Below are positions 38,638-51,927 of a DNA stretch of 64,000 nucleotides, one piece after another (within the stretch, counting starts at the first letter, position 1; each line of letters opens with the position of its first letter). The position numbers were made by a program, and so were the translations under genes. The stretch is taken from the NCBI RefSeq assembly GCF_036321535.1, contig NC_087437.1:114330001-114394000 (forward strand), in the 5' to 3' direction. Source of the DNA: Camelus dromedarius. Its lineage: Eukaryota. The notes beneath the pieces are model-generated. The model saw only the letters and a program-made list of their open reading frames with translations, did no database searches and was not told the DNA's origin.

Positions 38638-39959
38638 CACTGCGGGTTTCACGCGGGCTGGGGGATTTCCGCATTGCAGGCTCTGGCTGACCCACTTTGT
38701 TCCTTATATCGCACCCTCGCAGGACACATTTCTATCTCTTTCCATCTTTCTGTGGCTACTACCCTTGCTGAGGTAACAGTTTGATATATTAACTCTGGCT
38801 CCCTGCCTATTAAAACTGGACATTTGGAGAAGTCCTGCAGAATGTAGAGACAAAAAAACAGGCAGCTTCCAGAGAACGCTACATCTTAGAGCGGAGACGA
38901 CTGTCTTGAAAACTAAGGCTTTTAATGCACCAGACTCTAGGTCTCTGGAACTCACAAGCTAAGCCTGGTCCCTGGCATGGACCGTTGCCACGAGAACAGA
39001 GGAGGGTCCATGAGCCCCACCCAGACCCTGGACAAGGGCAGGCGGAGGGGGCAGGACCAAGAAGCACCGGACAGAGTGGAGAAAGCCAGAGTCGGAGCCC
39101 CAGGCTCATCTGTCACCAGCCCCAGTCGGGGAGCTGAGAGAGAACAGAACCGGTGCCCGCATTCAATCCTGTGGATATTCTAGAGAGCTCTGAGCCCAAG
39201 GACCTCCCGCAGGGTGGGATCGCCACTGACAGTGTCTGCACTTGGGCCCATCACCATCCGCCAAGATGCCCCTCCCACCTCCGTGCCCGGTGTGCGTCTA
39301 AGCGCTCCGCGCTCAGGAAACCCCAAACTGATGGCTGCAACCGTCCTCCCCTCCTCCACCTCAGCCCACCCCAACCCAGCCTCCCATCCTAACTGGCCTT
39401 TCATGATAAGCGCATCTTCCGAGTCACTCACACGAGCTTCTTGGCATCGGCTTTGCTGTCTCCATCTCCCCCCAGAGCTCATCTACTGCCAAATACCACG
39501 GATTCTACCTCCCTGGTGTCTTTTCCATCCACCTCTGGTTTTCATTACCATTGCCACCTCCTGATGCAGGAATCTCTTCCATCTCAACGGAACCAATTTT
39601 ATATTCTCCCAATTAACACCTCTCTTCGGTCTCCCCGATATGAATCCTTGTAAATTGCGGTGCTGGTTCTACTCTGGCTCCTGTTTCTCTCTGTTCCTCC
39701 TCCGTCTTTCCCTTCTCTTCACGTGTACCGCCACTCCCCTTCTCTGTGCCAGGCGGCCTACATTTTTCAGTGTCTCGAACGCAGGGGTGATAGGCTCTCC
39801 CTTTAAATCCTTCATGAAAGCTGTTCTCCGCCCTTTTCTCCCAACTAACCGCTACTCATCTTTCACATGTCACTTCCTCCAGGAAGGCCTGCCATGCTTT
39901 CAGCAACACGGGGCAGAGACACTGATTCCCACTGAGGGAAACAAAAAGAAAATGCATCC

Positions 39960-40440
39960 AAGTCATTTAACAGGAAACGCAAAGGTAGGCTGTGGGCTCA
40001 GCGGCGTCACACTGTCATCAAGGACCCCGTCTCTTCCCTTTTGTTTCTTTGCCATCTCTGGCCTCGGCTTCATCTTCAGGCTGGTAGTTAGTTGTTTGCC
40101 ACCGTTCTAGACACCACTGTAAAGCCCAGAGGAAAATGGAGGTTTTTCTTTCTGTCCTTCTCTCAGGTGAGAGGAGACATTTGCGGAAGCATCCACTCCT
40201 TCCCTGCCCCCACCCCAGAAGCCCCCTTACATTTCATTGGCCAGAATTAGCTCACATGCCCACCTCTTAGCCAATCACAGGGGAGGGGAGTGGCATTACT
40301 GGTGGCGTTTGTTGGGCCACCTCTCACACTTGGATGTGGGGTCAGCCTCCAGGGAGGCACGTGACTGTGCTGAAAAGAGTGCAGACACCTGATGGGAGCC
40401 CAGATTCCGTTTGGAAAGAAGTAGGAAGCCATAGGAGACC
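39960..40440 (-). mobile_element. Old LTR (LTR33/MLT1K-like)
   Basis: tgtcatcaaggaccc ... ggcttcatcttcaggctgg ... tcattggccagaatt ... cacatgcccacc ... ccaatcac. Confidence 0.55.
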
Positions 40441-40489
40441 AGCAAAGATCACTCTCCTTCCCACCTGACTCTGTGTTCCTTTAGCAGCC

Positions 40490-41330
40490 TCTTAGCCCTT
40501 TTCGGCGGCTATAAAAGGATCCCACTGAGATGCTCATATACAACTGAGCTTTATTTCTCACAGCTTTGGAAGCTAAAGTCCAAGATCAAGGCACCAGCAG
40601 GCAGATTCGGTGTCTGGTGAGGACCCACTTCCTGGTTCACAGACAACCATCTTCTACCTGTGTCCTCACATGGTGGGAAGGGTGAGGGGGCTCTCTGGCA
40701 TCTCTTTGACAAGGACATAATCCCAGTCATGAGGGCTCCACCTTCATGACCTCGTCTAACCTTAATTACCTCCCAAGGGCTCCATCTCCTGATGCCATCA
40801 CATTGGCAGTTAGGATGTCAACATATGAATTTGGGGCAGGGATGTGGGGGATAAAAACATTCCATCCTTTGCATTCTGCTCCTGGCTCCCCAAATTCATG
40901 TTCTTCTCACAGGCAAAATGCATTCCTTCCATCCCAACAGTCCCAAAGGTCTTAATTCCTTCCAGCATCAACTCAAATATCTAAAGTCCAAAATCTCATC
41001 TAAATCAGCTATGAGTGAGACTGGAGGTAGGATTCACTGAGGCAAATTCCCCTCCAGCTATGAACCTGTGACAACAGACAAGCTGTGTGCTTCCAACATA
41101 CAAGAGTGGGACAGGCATGGGGTGGACATCCCCATTACAAGAAAAGAAATAGGAAAAAAGGAAGGAGTGTCAGGTCCCAAGTAGGTCTAGAACCTAGAGG
41201 GGAAATGTTAAACTTTAAGGTTCAAGAATAATCCTCTTTGGCTCAGTACTCTGCCATCCAGGCTCACTCCTGTGGCAACGTCCCTCCCGCCATGGCTGGG
41301 CAGGGTGGCCCTGCATCTGCTCGGAGCCCA
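40490..41330 (-). mobile_element. MLT1A-like LTR (~40490-40872) with adjoining MaLR internal sequence
   Basis: tttatttctcacagctttggaagctaaagtccaagatcaagg ... atgagggctccaccttcatgacct ... caacatatgaatttgggg; then internal ccccaaattcatgttcttctcac ... gaggcaaattcccctccagct. Confidence 0.88.
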
Positions 41331-41880
41331 GACTCTGTCCCCTTTGGTCTACAGCAATCTCCTCCTCTTCCACCGTCTTGAGAACACTCCCTAAGTTGAA
41401 AGTAAGATTGCACCATCCTAACCACCTCTTCTCACCCCTCTTCTGCTCCCAACCTCCGCATGCTGAAAGCCCATCTTTTAAAGCCTAACCACAAAGTCCA
41501 CTTCCAAAATGAGCCTTTTCTGCTCCTCCCAATCACACATACTTGTCCAGCATATTTAGACTTTTAACTCCTAATGACACCCCAGAGTACCCCATAGCGT
41601 CATCTTCTGAATATGTGACTTCTTTGACACTCCTGAATATCACAGCTGATGGGACTTACCTCCATGCCCCCTCAAGCATCTGACCCCAAGCTCTTCACAT
41701 ACCAGGTGTGCTATAAAAGGTCATGAGTGGGTGGGGGAAACCCTGAGCTCAGGGTCTGCAGTCAAGCATTCTAGTCTAAGCTCAGCTGCACGCCTCCCAT
41801 GTAAACCGGGGCAATCTGCCGGGCCTCTTCAAAATAAAACGAGGCCCTCTGAGTCAGCTGTCTCAGATTCCATACAGCTC

Positions 41881-42361
41881 CGTGTATGTCTCCTAGGGCT
41901 GCTGCTGCTGCTGCTGCTGCAACAAATTACCCCAAACTGGGTGATTTAAAACAGAAATCACTTCGCTCCCAATTCCAGAGGCCAGAAGTTGAAAATCAAA
42001 AAGTCAGCAGATTTGGTGCTTTCTGGAGGCTCTGCAGGAGAATTTTTTCCATGCCGCTCTCCTAAAATCTGGTGGTTGCCAGCAACCCTTGGTGTCCCTT
42101 GGCTTGCAGCTGCATCACTTCAATTTCTGCCTCCATCCTCACGTGGCCTTCTTCCCTCTGTATGTCTCTGTGCCTCAAAACCTCTACTCCTTTCTCTTAT
42201 AAGAACAACAGCCAGTGAATTTAGGGCTCACCCTAAATCCAGGATAGCCTCACCCTGCAATCCTTAACTTGACATCTGCAAAGACCATTTCCAAATAAGG
42301 TCACATTCATAGGATAGGACTTAAACATTTCTTTGGAGGACACACAATTATACCCATTGCA
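41881..42361 (-). mobile_element. MLT1C-like solo LTR
   Basis: ctagggctgc...aacaaattacc ... ctggtggttgccagcaacccttggtgtcccttggctt ... tttccaaataaggtcacattc; TSD agctc at 41876-80 and 42362-66; contains an expanded (ctg)n. Confidence 0.9.
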
Positions 42362-45300
42362 AGCTCTAACACTGTTCTGTTAATACTCAAGGACCACTGA
42401 AGGCTGAAATATTTCCTTCTTCTTTTTTTAATTGCCTGCAGACCCATATTGTGGCTCATTCAACCACCCTTAATTTGAAGGTTGAATTTTTTTTTCTCTT
42501 TTCATTTCTTGAAATACAGGCAGTGAATCAAAATTTCAGAAGCTTATCCTCAATACTATGTCTGCCCTATAGCTCATTCATTTTGGCTTCTGATATCAAT
42601 CCACAGCCTAGAAGTCCCCAGTAGCACCATCTCAGAGGGTGTGCACTGGTCCCAGCTGCCTCTTCACTTCCCAGTGCCTTAAAAGCCCTGACAATGAAAG
42701 CAAAGGCCCTGGGAAGAATCCCTGTGTTAACTGAGCCCCTGTCTTGTTTCCAGGGGCCATAAGAGACCAGCAGCACCATCGAAACCTCAGACATCACACA
42801 GAGCGTCCCCACCACAAACAAGGCAAGCGCCATTTTTGAAAGTCATTGGCAGTGGGGAAGGTTCTGATGTTTCTGTATCAAGTTGCACCAAATGATGCTG
42901 TTGATGGATGAGGTGGCTCAAAACAAAAGGCAGTCATTTTTCCTTCTTGACAAATGTATCTCTGCAGGCTTCATGGCTGGCAAACTGACCCTATAGAACC
43001 GAACCCTCCGAGACAGAGCTCCACCCGGGGAACAAGGCTGAGCTGTGTGCTGCGCTTACGTTATGTCTATTTTAAAAGTTGACTTTGGCAGGTGTGTGGA
43101 CCACTCACACAATATATCTACTCCCAGAAAAGATAAGGGGGGAAAAATCAAACACTGAATTTTCTTTAAATTCTCACTTGGAAGCAAACGGCTTGGCCTT
43201 AAAAAGAGGAGCATAATCCTTGCTTCACTGATGATGAACTAGTTGGAACGAATTGTAAAGAAAATATTGGAGCTATAAATAATGTAGTTTTAAAGAACCT
43301 GTGTGCAGAAGTATCTCCTGAGAGGCAAATTCTAAAGAATGTTAATCTCCAGATTATATTCTCTCCGAGGCCATGTTTTTCCAGAACTCTTGGAACGTGT
43401 CTCAGTAATGAAATAAACTCAACAATCTTTTAAAGAGTTCACTGTTAAAAGGTACAAGGAGCAAAAATAAGATCGTGGACTCAGAGTTGTACCTTCAGGT
43501 GAAGGGAAATGAGAAGAACTCTAAATCATCTGAAATGAAGAAGTCCCACAGCCGGACATGCTCTGGGTCAAATAATCAGGAATTTTTCAATCCAGTCCCT
43601 TCCAATAATGAATAGATTAAAAGAGTACATTCGAAAGGAATCTTCACCACACTTTCTAGTTTCTACCTCTGGTGTGCCTCAGAGAACCTTAAACCCTCCC
43701 CAGAATCCCCTTTTCCTACATCCTAGAACAAAACAGCAAAAGTAAACTTTACAAAAGTTTATGAGACACAACCTTACAAAACCTGTTATTGAGACTCAAT
43801 CATATATTTTTAAACTAATAACGTGAATTTTTCCATGCAGAAGAGTCATATAATTGGGTCACCAAATAAAAAAAGACACAGCTGTAATAGAAAACATTTC
43901 GGAAAAGGAAACTCAGACTTCAAAAGCCCTGACTAATCACAAAGTGATGCAAATTCGAAAGGAAGCGCTTGGATTGTATTTTTACCCAGCTGAGCAGTCA
44001 GATGTTTGGAAATGCCCTGGATTTTTCTAAATATTTCCTCCTGTTAACAGCAAACAGCTCAGATGCTCCAGAAACAAAGGACACACATTTATTCTGTGTA
44101 TTTTTCTTAATTATAGCTGTTCCATTCCAGCTGCAATAAGAGATCTAATTGTAAAGGCTTTAAAGCTAAGATGTTTACCCTGAGCTGCCACACAGAGCTA
44201 TTTTTATGAAAAATACTAAGAAGTGCAAGTCTGGGAATACACATAGAACTTCAAGTGAGAGGTTGGAAAAAGAAGGAGGTGATGAAGGACTTAGCACATT
44301 TTCAGTTTGTTTCTCTTACAACCTGTAAGAGAACCCAGACGGTCCATGGGCTCCGGGAGAAAACCCAAGATGGCTGCCGTCCAGGGAGTTTGGCAAAACC
44401 CAAGGCAAGGACAGGCCACGGTGAGCTGGGCTCCCCGACGGGAAGGTGGTGGCGGTGGCAGTCGAGCTGCGTGGCCTGTGAGCCCAGAGGACGGGCTCTG
44501 GCAACAGCCTGAACTGTTCCCTGTGGCCTTTTCTTCAAAAGTGAAGAAGGGAGCATCTGGTCAACCACAGGTGAGGTGGCTACAAACCATTAACCCAGCC
44601 AACCCTAATTAGGACCAGACACCCAGAAATATTTGCAGAGTTGGCGGGGCGGGAGTGAGAAGTAGCACTGGCTTGCCTCACACCATCAACAGTTAAGCCA
44701 GCCTGCACAGCGAGGGCAGAGGGAGACAATGACTCCCGGACTCTCCGGGCCAAAGGCAGAGTTAGAGATGCAAATTCAAAACAGGCTCCGGGGGGCTTGT
44801 GCCAGGTTTGTGTCTGGGTGACTGCCTGCCCCTTTCCTAAAATACCACACAGACCCTGTGAGAAGTGTGCCCCAGCCCCTTTTAGACCCTGGCCTTGAGG
44901 ACATGAGGGTGGAAACCAGAGGAGCAGGGCTACTCAAAATCCTTATCATCACTTCCTGGCATTTGTTCCCTGGCTCAGAGCCTGTCCCTAAGAAATGGGG
45001 AGAAAAGAGCTCCCAGCAGTGAAACCTGGAGAGTTCTGCCCTGGGCATCCTGGGACCCAGGGAGGCCAGGCCCACTGGGGGTGGCACACGTGAAGAGATT
45101 GTCTGCCAAAGTTGACTTCAACCAGAAGGCTTCACTTCCTAAAGTTTTCATGGTCAGCTCTTCCAAGGATCAAGATTTGTTTTTTAGGTTATTAAATCTG
45201 GCCATATTAAATTAGAAGTTAGGTCAACAAATGAAATGTTTCAATCAAATCTGCAATGTAATTTTCCACAGTGGTCTCATGAAGAATGCAAGAATTTGTT

Positions 45301-45385
45301 TCATTTCTTTGGGAGGGTGGTGCCCCTGGGCCTCTCACCACAGTACACCACGTGACTCCCTTGTCCTGCTCACCTCAAGCACACT

Positions 45386-45846
45386 ATTGTGGGTTGAACT
45401 GTGTGCCTCACTCCCCCATCACAGACACACCAAATTCACTTGCTGAAACCCTAACCCCCAGGGCCTCAGAAGGTGACCTTGTTTGAAAATAAGGTGGTTG
45501 TAGATGTAATTAGTTCATTGAAAAAGGTCCTACTGGCCTATGGTGAGCTCCTCATCAAACATGATTGGTGTCCTTATAAAAAAGGATTCACATGAAGAGA
45601 AAGAGACACACAAAGAAAAAAGAAGATGTGAAGACACAAGGAGAAGCTGGCTGTCTACAAGCCAAAGAGCACCTGAGGCCACCAGAAGCTGGAAGAGATG
45701 CCTGGAATAGCCCACAGAAGGAACTGACCCTGCCAACACCTTGATCTCGAACTTCTGGCCTCCACAACTGTGAGACAGTAAATGTTTACTGTTTAAGTCC
45801 CTCAGTCTGTCGTACTTTGCCCCAGAAGCCCTAGGAAACTCATACT
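45386..45846 (+). mobile_element. MLT1B/C-like LTR
   Basis: gggttgaactgtgt ... gtttgaaaataaggtggttgtagatgtaattag ... ccctgccaacaccttgatctcgaacttctggcctcca ... gccctaggaaactcatac. Confidence 0.9.
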
Positions 45847-46056
45847 GTGCCCTGGGCACTTTTGCCTGCGTGGGTCCCTCCTCCATAAAAAATATTCAAA
45901 ATCACTTGACAACTGTGTTGGTATAAAATCTAGGCTGGATCATATTCTTTTTTTTTCCCCTCTAACTTTCAAAGAAATTAGAACATTTTCAGCTTGAAAG
46001 TCTCATGGGCACTCAACACTGGACTACTGGTCGACCCTATGGAAACAGTCACCCAG
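45847..46056. mobile_element. hAT-type MITE remnant
   Basis: ggcacttttgcctgcgtgggtccctcctccataaaaaatatt ... actgtgttggtataaa resembles a recalled hAT MITE; subfamily uncertain. Confidence 0.5.
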
Positions 46057-46069
46057 GTTCAACCAGGTA

Positions 46070-46260
46070 CCCCTGTGTGTTTCCTCCCTCTGGGCACCAT
46101 ATTGAAATGACCTGTCATTGTGTCTAATACTCTGTCTCCCCTCTCCCTGGCTAGAACATATACAAGCAAAAAGACTGTCTTCTTTATTTTTGTAGCCCCA
46201 GCACAGCCTGACACATAGAAGGTGCTCAAAAAAATAACTGTTGACCCAACTTGAACTGAA
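46070..46260 (+). mobile_element. L2 3' end
   Basis: gtagccccagcacagcctgacacatagaaggtgctcaaaa. Confidence 0.65.
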
Positions 46261-47055
46261 CAGATAAAGATCTAGGGGTATTCAAGGTCATTACTGAAAC
46301 ATGAGGCAAAAAAAGTGTAAAAGAAGGACGTTTTGGCAACAACACAGCCTTAATAACTGGAGCCTTAGCTCCTGGTGGCAGGGTGAGGATCTGGGAGCAC
46401 GTCCCAGGAAAGTTTTGAAACTGAAATAAAATGAGTGTTTTATAACCATCCATTCTGTTCCATTTTTCTCTCTCTCTTCATCTTTAAATTTGTTTTTCAC
46501 TCTCCAGGGCTTGGAGAGGTTTACTTACATCAGAGCTATTTGCCTTTCTTTGGATGAGGGTTTCTCAAATTCCAACTTTTCCACTGAGATTCTCTGACAG
46601 CAGATTTGGCCTTTCTAGACCCAGCCTCACTTACAGTTCACGACAGCTTTATAGTCTAAGTTGTTCTCATCTCTGGACAATTTCTACCTTTCCTGCTGAC
46701 CACTCTTTCTCTTTGTCATGTCCCAACATGAAAAAAAGTTCTTTTCTGCACCAGGACCCCACATAGGCAAATAAGCAAACATTTCTGAGCCCCTGCCACC
46801 ACATAAAATTTTTTAAAAGAAAGAAAGAAAGAAATTAACATTCCAGTGGCCATTTGGGAGAGAAAAGAAGCACAGAAACTTACAGTGTGATGGGGAAGGT
46901 AAGTCTTGTGAATGTCTCATTGTGTGTCATAGACATCCTGAGCAGTCCCCCAAAAGCAGTCATTTGGATGCTAACAGAGTCACACAAATGAAAGATTCCA
47001 AGGACATAAACTTGGAAAGTACAGCATTGAAAAAGCTAAGCCAGTTTCTAAAATG

Positions 47056-47233
47056 CAGGACTTCTCAGAGCCTTTAGTGTACTCATATGCAGAATGGGTC
47101 TCCATGAGGCAGATAAAACACTTAGCATTTTATACATTGACTTGACCACAGACTCATCACACAGGGGGAGTAGAATACAGGAACGGTGTAGTTCAGGAGA
47201 CACATGTTCTAGGGAATATTCTAGAAAACACTG
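47056..47233. mobile_element. MER117-like hAT-Charlie
   Basis: caggacttctcagagcctttagtgtactcatatgca ... ttgaccacaga ... aaaacactg. Confidence 0.7.
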
Positions 47234-47759
47234 ACCTAGCCACAGTATGTTAAGTTTCAAAGGACAGACCCTGTGACTACAGGCATAAGGATTCCCCATG
47301 GGCTAAAGCAGTTGGAGAGGGTATCTTAAACGTAGTATGATTCTTATTAATGTTCAAAACACAGAGAGGGGTGTGGGAGAGAGGAGGGTGTTTGGGCTGT
47401 GAAAACAGCTTCAGCAAAGGAGAAAATTGATGAGCTGTGTTTGAAGAGTACCGGAAGACTGGCGTGGAAGGTATGCTGTGCAGGAGCCCAGAAGACCTGG
47501 GGAGACGGAGAAATGAATGGGAAAGAGGCTGACTGTGAGAGCCTCATCCTGAGAGGGTAGGGAACGAGAACCCAGCTTCAAAGCAAACGCACAGACCTGG
47601 GGACTGGAAGAGCAGAACTGAATCAGGCACCTACAGTAAATGCAGAACCTGCTGTCCGCAGGACAGGGAAGTGGGGAGGCAGGAAGGGCAACAGGCAGGG
47701 CAGTGAGCCTGCCTCGAGTGGAGCCTTGGTCACGTCGGGGCGAGAGCCCTGGGCACGTC

Positions 47760-47885
47760 AGGAAACTCACTCTCCATACCCGGGCAGCCGTGACTTTGGA
47801 CAAGCCAGTTAACCTCCCAGGGACCCACTGCCCTCATCTGTGAAATAAGAGGAACTGATGTGATGGGCGCTTCCCATTCTAAAGC
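47760..47885 (+). mobile_element. MIR fragment
   Basis: gtgactttggacaagccagttaacctc ... ctcatctgtgaaata. Confidence 0.7.
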
Positions 47886-49101
47886 CCTGACTATCCTAAC
47901 ATCAGCCTCTGATGCTGTGAAAGCCACACCTGTCCTGAGCCAGCAGGGTTAGTGGGAACGGGGCGTTTTGAGGTCAGACACCACACTCCGTTCTCCCACT
48001 GTGAGCTGAACAGAGATGTTTCACCTGACAAGCCTCACTGCACAGAGGAGGCAGCTGTCCCGCCCAACACCGCTGCCTGTGCCCTCTGGGCAAGGGGCGG
48101 GAACCCAGGAAGCATGAGAGAATCAAGGGACAGTCTCCTGGGGGACACGAGGACAGACGGATTGCAAGGGGTGTCTCTTCCCGTTTGAATTCCAGCAGGC
48201 TAACTGCCATCCCCTCTGAACCTTAACGACGGAATCCATCAGGTGCACGTTTGTTAACTCCTCAGCTATTTCCTGAACTACCCTGAATCAGTTAAAGCCC
48301 CTGGGTCTGTAAAATTAAGAAATTCGTACTCATTTCATAGGGCTGTGGAGTGAATTGAATGGCGTAGGTTATGTAAAACACAAAACCCTGTGCCTGGCCT
48401 AGAGGACGAGTCAACACACATTCACAGCTTTGCAGTCTATGTGTGCCGTGCTCAAACCGAATTGCTTCCCAGGATGCGTCATTGATGTGTTGCCTCCTCC
48501 ATCCCACACCCCATCTCACCCCCTACACTCTTCCCTGCCGGCCTATGGGACTCGACTCCAGACTCTCAAGGTTTCCTTCAAGTCAGCGCTTCAATGGACA
48601 GAAGAAGGACCAAGAAAACATAGACCCACTTGGGCACCTCAAACTGCTGTTTACTTACAGCTGACACTATAATTTTAGCTAAAATGTTGGAATAATTTTG
48701 TTTTCCATTATTAGCATGATTCTTACTTACTAGGATGAAATACAGTTTCCTTTGGTTTAAAAAAAAAATGCCCAATATGTTGTGAAAGATGAAGTAATGC
48801 CTAGTAACCTTGGTTGTTTTTTAAAACCCCTTCCTATCAACTTCTTAAGGGACGTGGTTGTAATGTTGACCCATGCCACAGTGTATTTGCTTCACTCCCA
48901 GATTCTGGCTGAACCCTTCATGGGTAAATTAATTAGGTAACATGAGTCAATTAATCAGAATGCATAGTTATTTTTATGAACTCTACTGCCAGCCCATTAA
49001 TTCATGACAGGTGTTTCATAAATGGGAAGAATGGCTAAAATATAAGTATCGATTTTTATATGATACATGGTTCTAACAGTCAGATGCTGTGAATAATGGG
49101 T

Positions 49102-50345
49102 CCATTCATTCATCCAAGAAGTGCTAATGAAGTACCTACTAAGAAGCAGTCACGATCCTGAGCACTGGATGTAAGAGGTCAATCAAGTCGAGGAGGATCA
49201 GTGGCCGTATAAACAGATCCTTACACCCAGATTTATGATGGAGGTGTGGACAGGGTGGAACGGTGCACAGGGTGCGGGCCACACCCCTGCCAGAGGGTCA
49301 ACCCCGGGTTCAGAGGAGCAGAGCTGCATCTGGAAAGATGATTAGGGACTCACTGCAGGGACAGTTGGGGAGAGAGTATACAGTGATAGAAAGACATTCC
49401 AGGGATTGGGAATTACCTCTGAAAGTGACCCCAAGACACCAGGGAGCAGAGTAACTCAGAATAACTAGAATGTGAAGTCCAGGGAAAGAAGAGAGGGGAC
49501 GTGATGGGCAGGAGCTAAGTGGAGGAACAGACCGAGCTTAGAAGACCTTGAGTGGCACACTGAGGAGTCTGGGCTTCCTCACAAAGGCAAAGCAGAATTT
49601 CTGAAGGGTTTTAATCAGGAGGAGTGGTGTGGTCAGATGTTTAGAAGATCCCTCTTGAGACAATGTGGTTGATGGATAGAGGTGGACAAGACTGGCGGGA
49701 AGAAGATTAGCTTAGAAATGAGCATCACGAGGCCCAGATGAGGGATGATGGAGGGCCAGGGTAAGTCAGCGGCATGAAAAAAAGAAAAAAGACAGTAGAT
49801 TTTCAGGTATATTTTTTTCCAGTTTTACTGAGATATAATTGACTCAGGTACATTTAATAGCCTGAATCACAGGGTTTGCTCACGGATGGAGGTAAAGTGA
49901 AAGGAAAGGATCTAGGGTGGTAACTGGATGAATGGCACTGTCAACGTAAGCAGTGAAGACAGAACAGGTGCTCAAGAAGGATCACGAGCTCCGTTCACCC
50001 ACGCAGATTTGAGAGAACCATTGGATATACAAATGCAGGGGCTCGACAGGCTGTTGTGCAGGTGGGTCTGAAGCTCCGGGAACGAGCCTGCGCTGGGGAA
50101 AGGCGCTTGGGAACCATCACGGCTGTTGCAATGGAATCAAGAGAGGACATGTGCTTGCTCAGGAGGTGTGGGGGGAGGAAGAGGAGTCTAAGAAAGAGGT
50201 AAGTCCGAGGATGACATAGCAAGGCAGAGGGTGATAAAGGGAAAGGGAGGGGTGGACACGGAAATCGCCAGATGCAGCGTTTCAAGAGTGTGCAGTCAAC
50301 ACGGTCCAAGGACACAGGGAATGAGCACTGGACATGTCACTGGCT
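49102..50345 (-). mobile_element. L2 element
   Basis: Begins cattcattcatcc (reverse complement of tail); ctgaagggttttaatcagg ... tggtcagatgtttagaagatccctct. Confidence 0.75.
49815..49843 (-). mobile_element. 29-bp L1 3'-tip micro-insertion
   Basis: ttttccagttttactgagatataattgac flanked by tcaggta(t/c)attt at 49803-14 and 49844-55. Confidence 0.7.
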
Positions 50346-50436
50346 TGCACATTTCAGTCCCCGTGAATTCCACAATTGGCACTGAGCATCTACCCCACAC
50401 AGGGAGGTGTCAATTGATACAAAAAGAGAGACAAGC

Positions 50437-50619
50437 CAATGTCTCAAACTTCAGTGTGCATCAGAAACACATGTAGGGTTTACTTAATGACAGATTCCTG
50501 GGCCCCACCCTCAGAGCTTTTGATACAGCAGGTCTACGGGGGATCCCAGGAATCTGCATTTTTAACAAGCACGAGCATTTCTATGAGGGCGGGCAGGGAA
50601 TCCACTCCGAGAAACACTG
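50437..50619. mobile_element. MER5A
   Basis: tctcaaacttcagtgtgcatcagaa ... ctgggccccaccctcagag ... ggaatctgcatttttaacaagc ... gagaaacactg. Confidence 0.85.
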
Positions 50620-50802
50620 TGAAAGTGCTTCTTTTTATGTCAAAATCGAGACTTTTTTTTAACAAAAGGATTTTATTAATCAAAGAGCTCCCCAGGAGTC
50701 CTGAATATCCATCTCTGCCACTCAGGGAGACCCAGGAGGCTTTCCACTTCATCTTCCCAGCCACGTCCATCTGGTGACCCTCAGTAGCCTCAAAATGAGA
50801 TT

Positions 50803-50971
50803 AGCAGTTCTCATAACTGGAAGAATAACCTGGGCGTTTAAGAAAATGTATCAGCGATGTCCTGGTTCCACCCCACCTCCGGAATCAGCTCCCAGAGGTG
50901 GAGCTCAGGAATCTAGAAATTTCTAGTCTCCCCAGTAGATTCTGTGGTTCAGCCAAGTCTAGAGACAACCA
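50803..50971. mobile_element. MER5A1-like
   Basis: gcagttctca ... ccaccccac ... ctccccagtagattctgtggttcagccaagt. Confidence 0.65.
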
Positions 50972-51789
50972 AACAGATGATCTCTAATTCAACATCAGTC
51001 CCTAACAGCCATGAATTCGATGAGCATCTACGAGAGGAATTGTGCTTTGGCTGCCAAAACAAGGCCCTCCTGAACCTCCCCGTCAAAGAGGAAGTTTAAG
51101 ATTCCTTGATGTCAGGAGAGCCTACGATAGAAACTTTAGTCCAACTGTGAGTTTTCAGAGTAAATATTATTACAATGATGTAGAATTTTAGCTGGTCCCG
51201 TTAATTATGCAGGCAAAGCACTTGGATGGCTCGTGGGTGCCCTAATGTAAACATTCAGTTCGGTAATTGCTACTATCAAGTTCAATGGCCTCCTCAAATC
51301 AGTCAGCAAAGATTTACCGTTGTTGTAACAACAACAAGAGGGGTCCAGAAAGAACCAGCCCTTCATCAGCTCTAAAATAGGAAGACTCAGTGAGCACATA
51401 TTTAAGTAAGTGCCAAACAATAAATTCTCTGGCTCATGAGGATTATTAAGGGAAATGAGGCGCCTAACATAAAGGGCTGGCAATCACCATCACTTCAAAA
51501 GTGCCATTCCTCCAGCGGTAAAGGTGACAAATGCTCGCAAATGAGCCAGTTACTCCTGCCCCAGCCTCTCCTTCTTTCCTCCTGTGGTGTCTCCACCCAG
51601 TGCTAGCACTGGCCCGTGTCCTCAGGCTAGGGGATGCTGAGAGAGAAGAGAACAGAGACACAGGGGAGCCCACGGAAGACCAGCACTGAAAACCCACTTG
51701 AGGGTCTGCCTTGCTCTCTCCAGGATTGCTGTTACGATGGGCCCAGGGAGGTACCATCAGCTTCCTACAAAACAGAGATTTCCCCTGCT

Positions 51790-51897
51790 TAAAAAATATG
51801 TTCATGCGTAACTGAAAAATTGTGCTCTACACTGGAATTTGACACAACATTGTAAAATGATTATAAATCAATAAAAAATGTTAAAAAAAAAAAAAAA
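51790..51897 (+). mobile_element. Short young L1 3' tip with poly-A
   Basis: gtaactgaaaaattgtgctctacactggaatttgacacaacattgtaaaatgattataaatcaataaaaaatgtt(a)15. Confidence 0.8.
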
Positions 51898-51927
51898 GCA
51901 AAACATTAAATAAAAAAAAACCAAACA

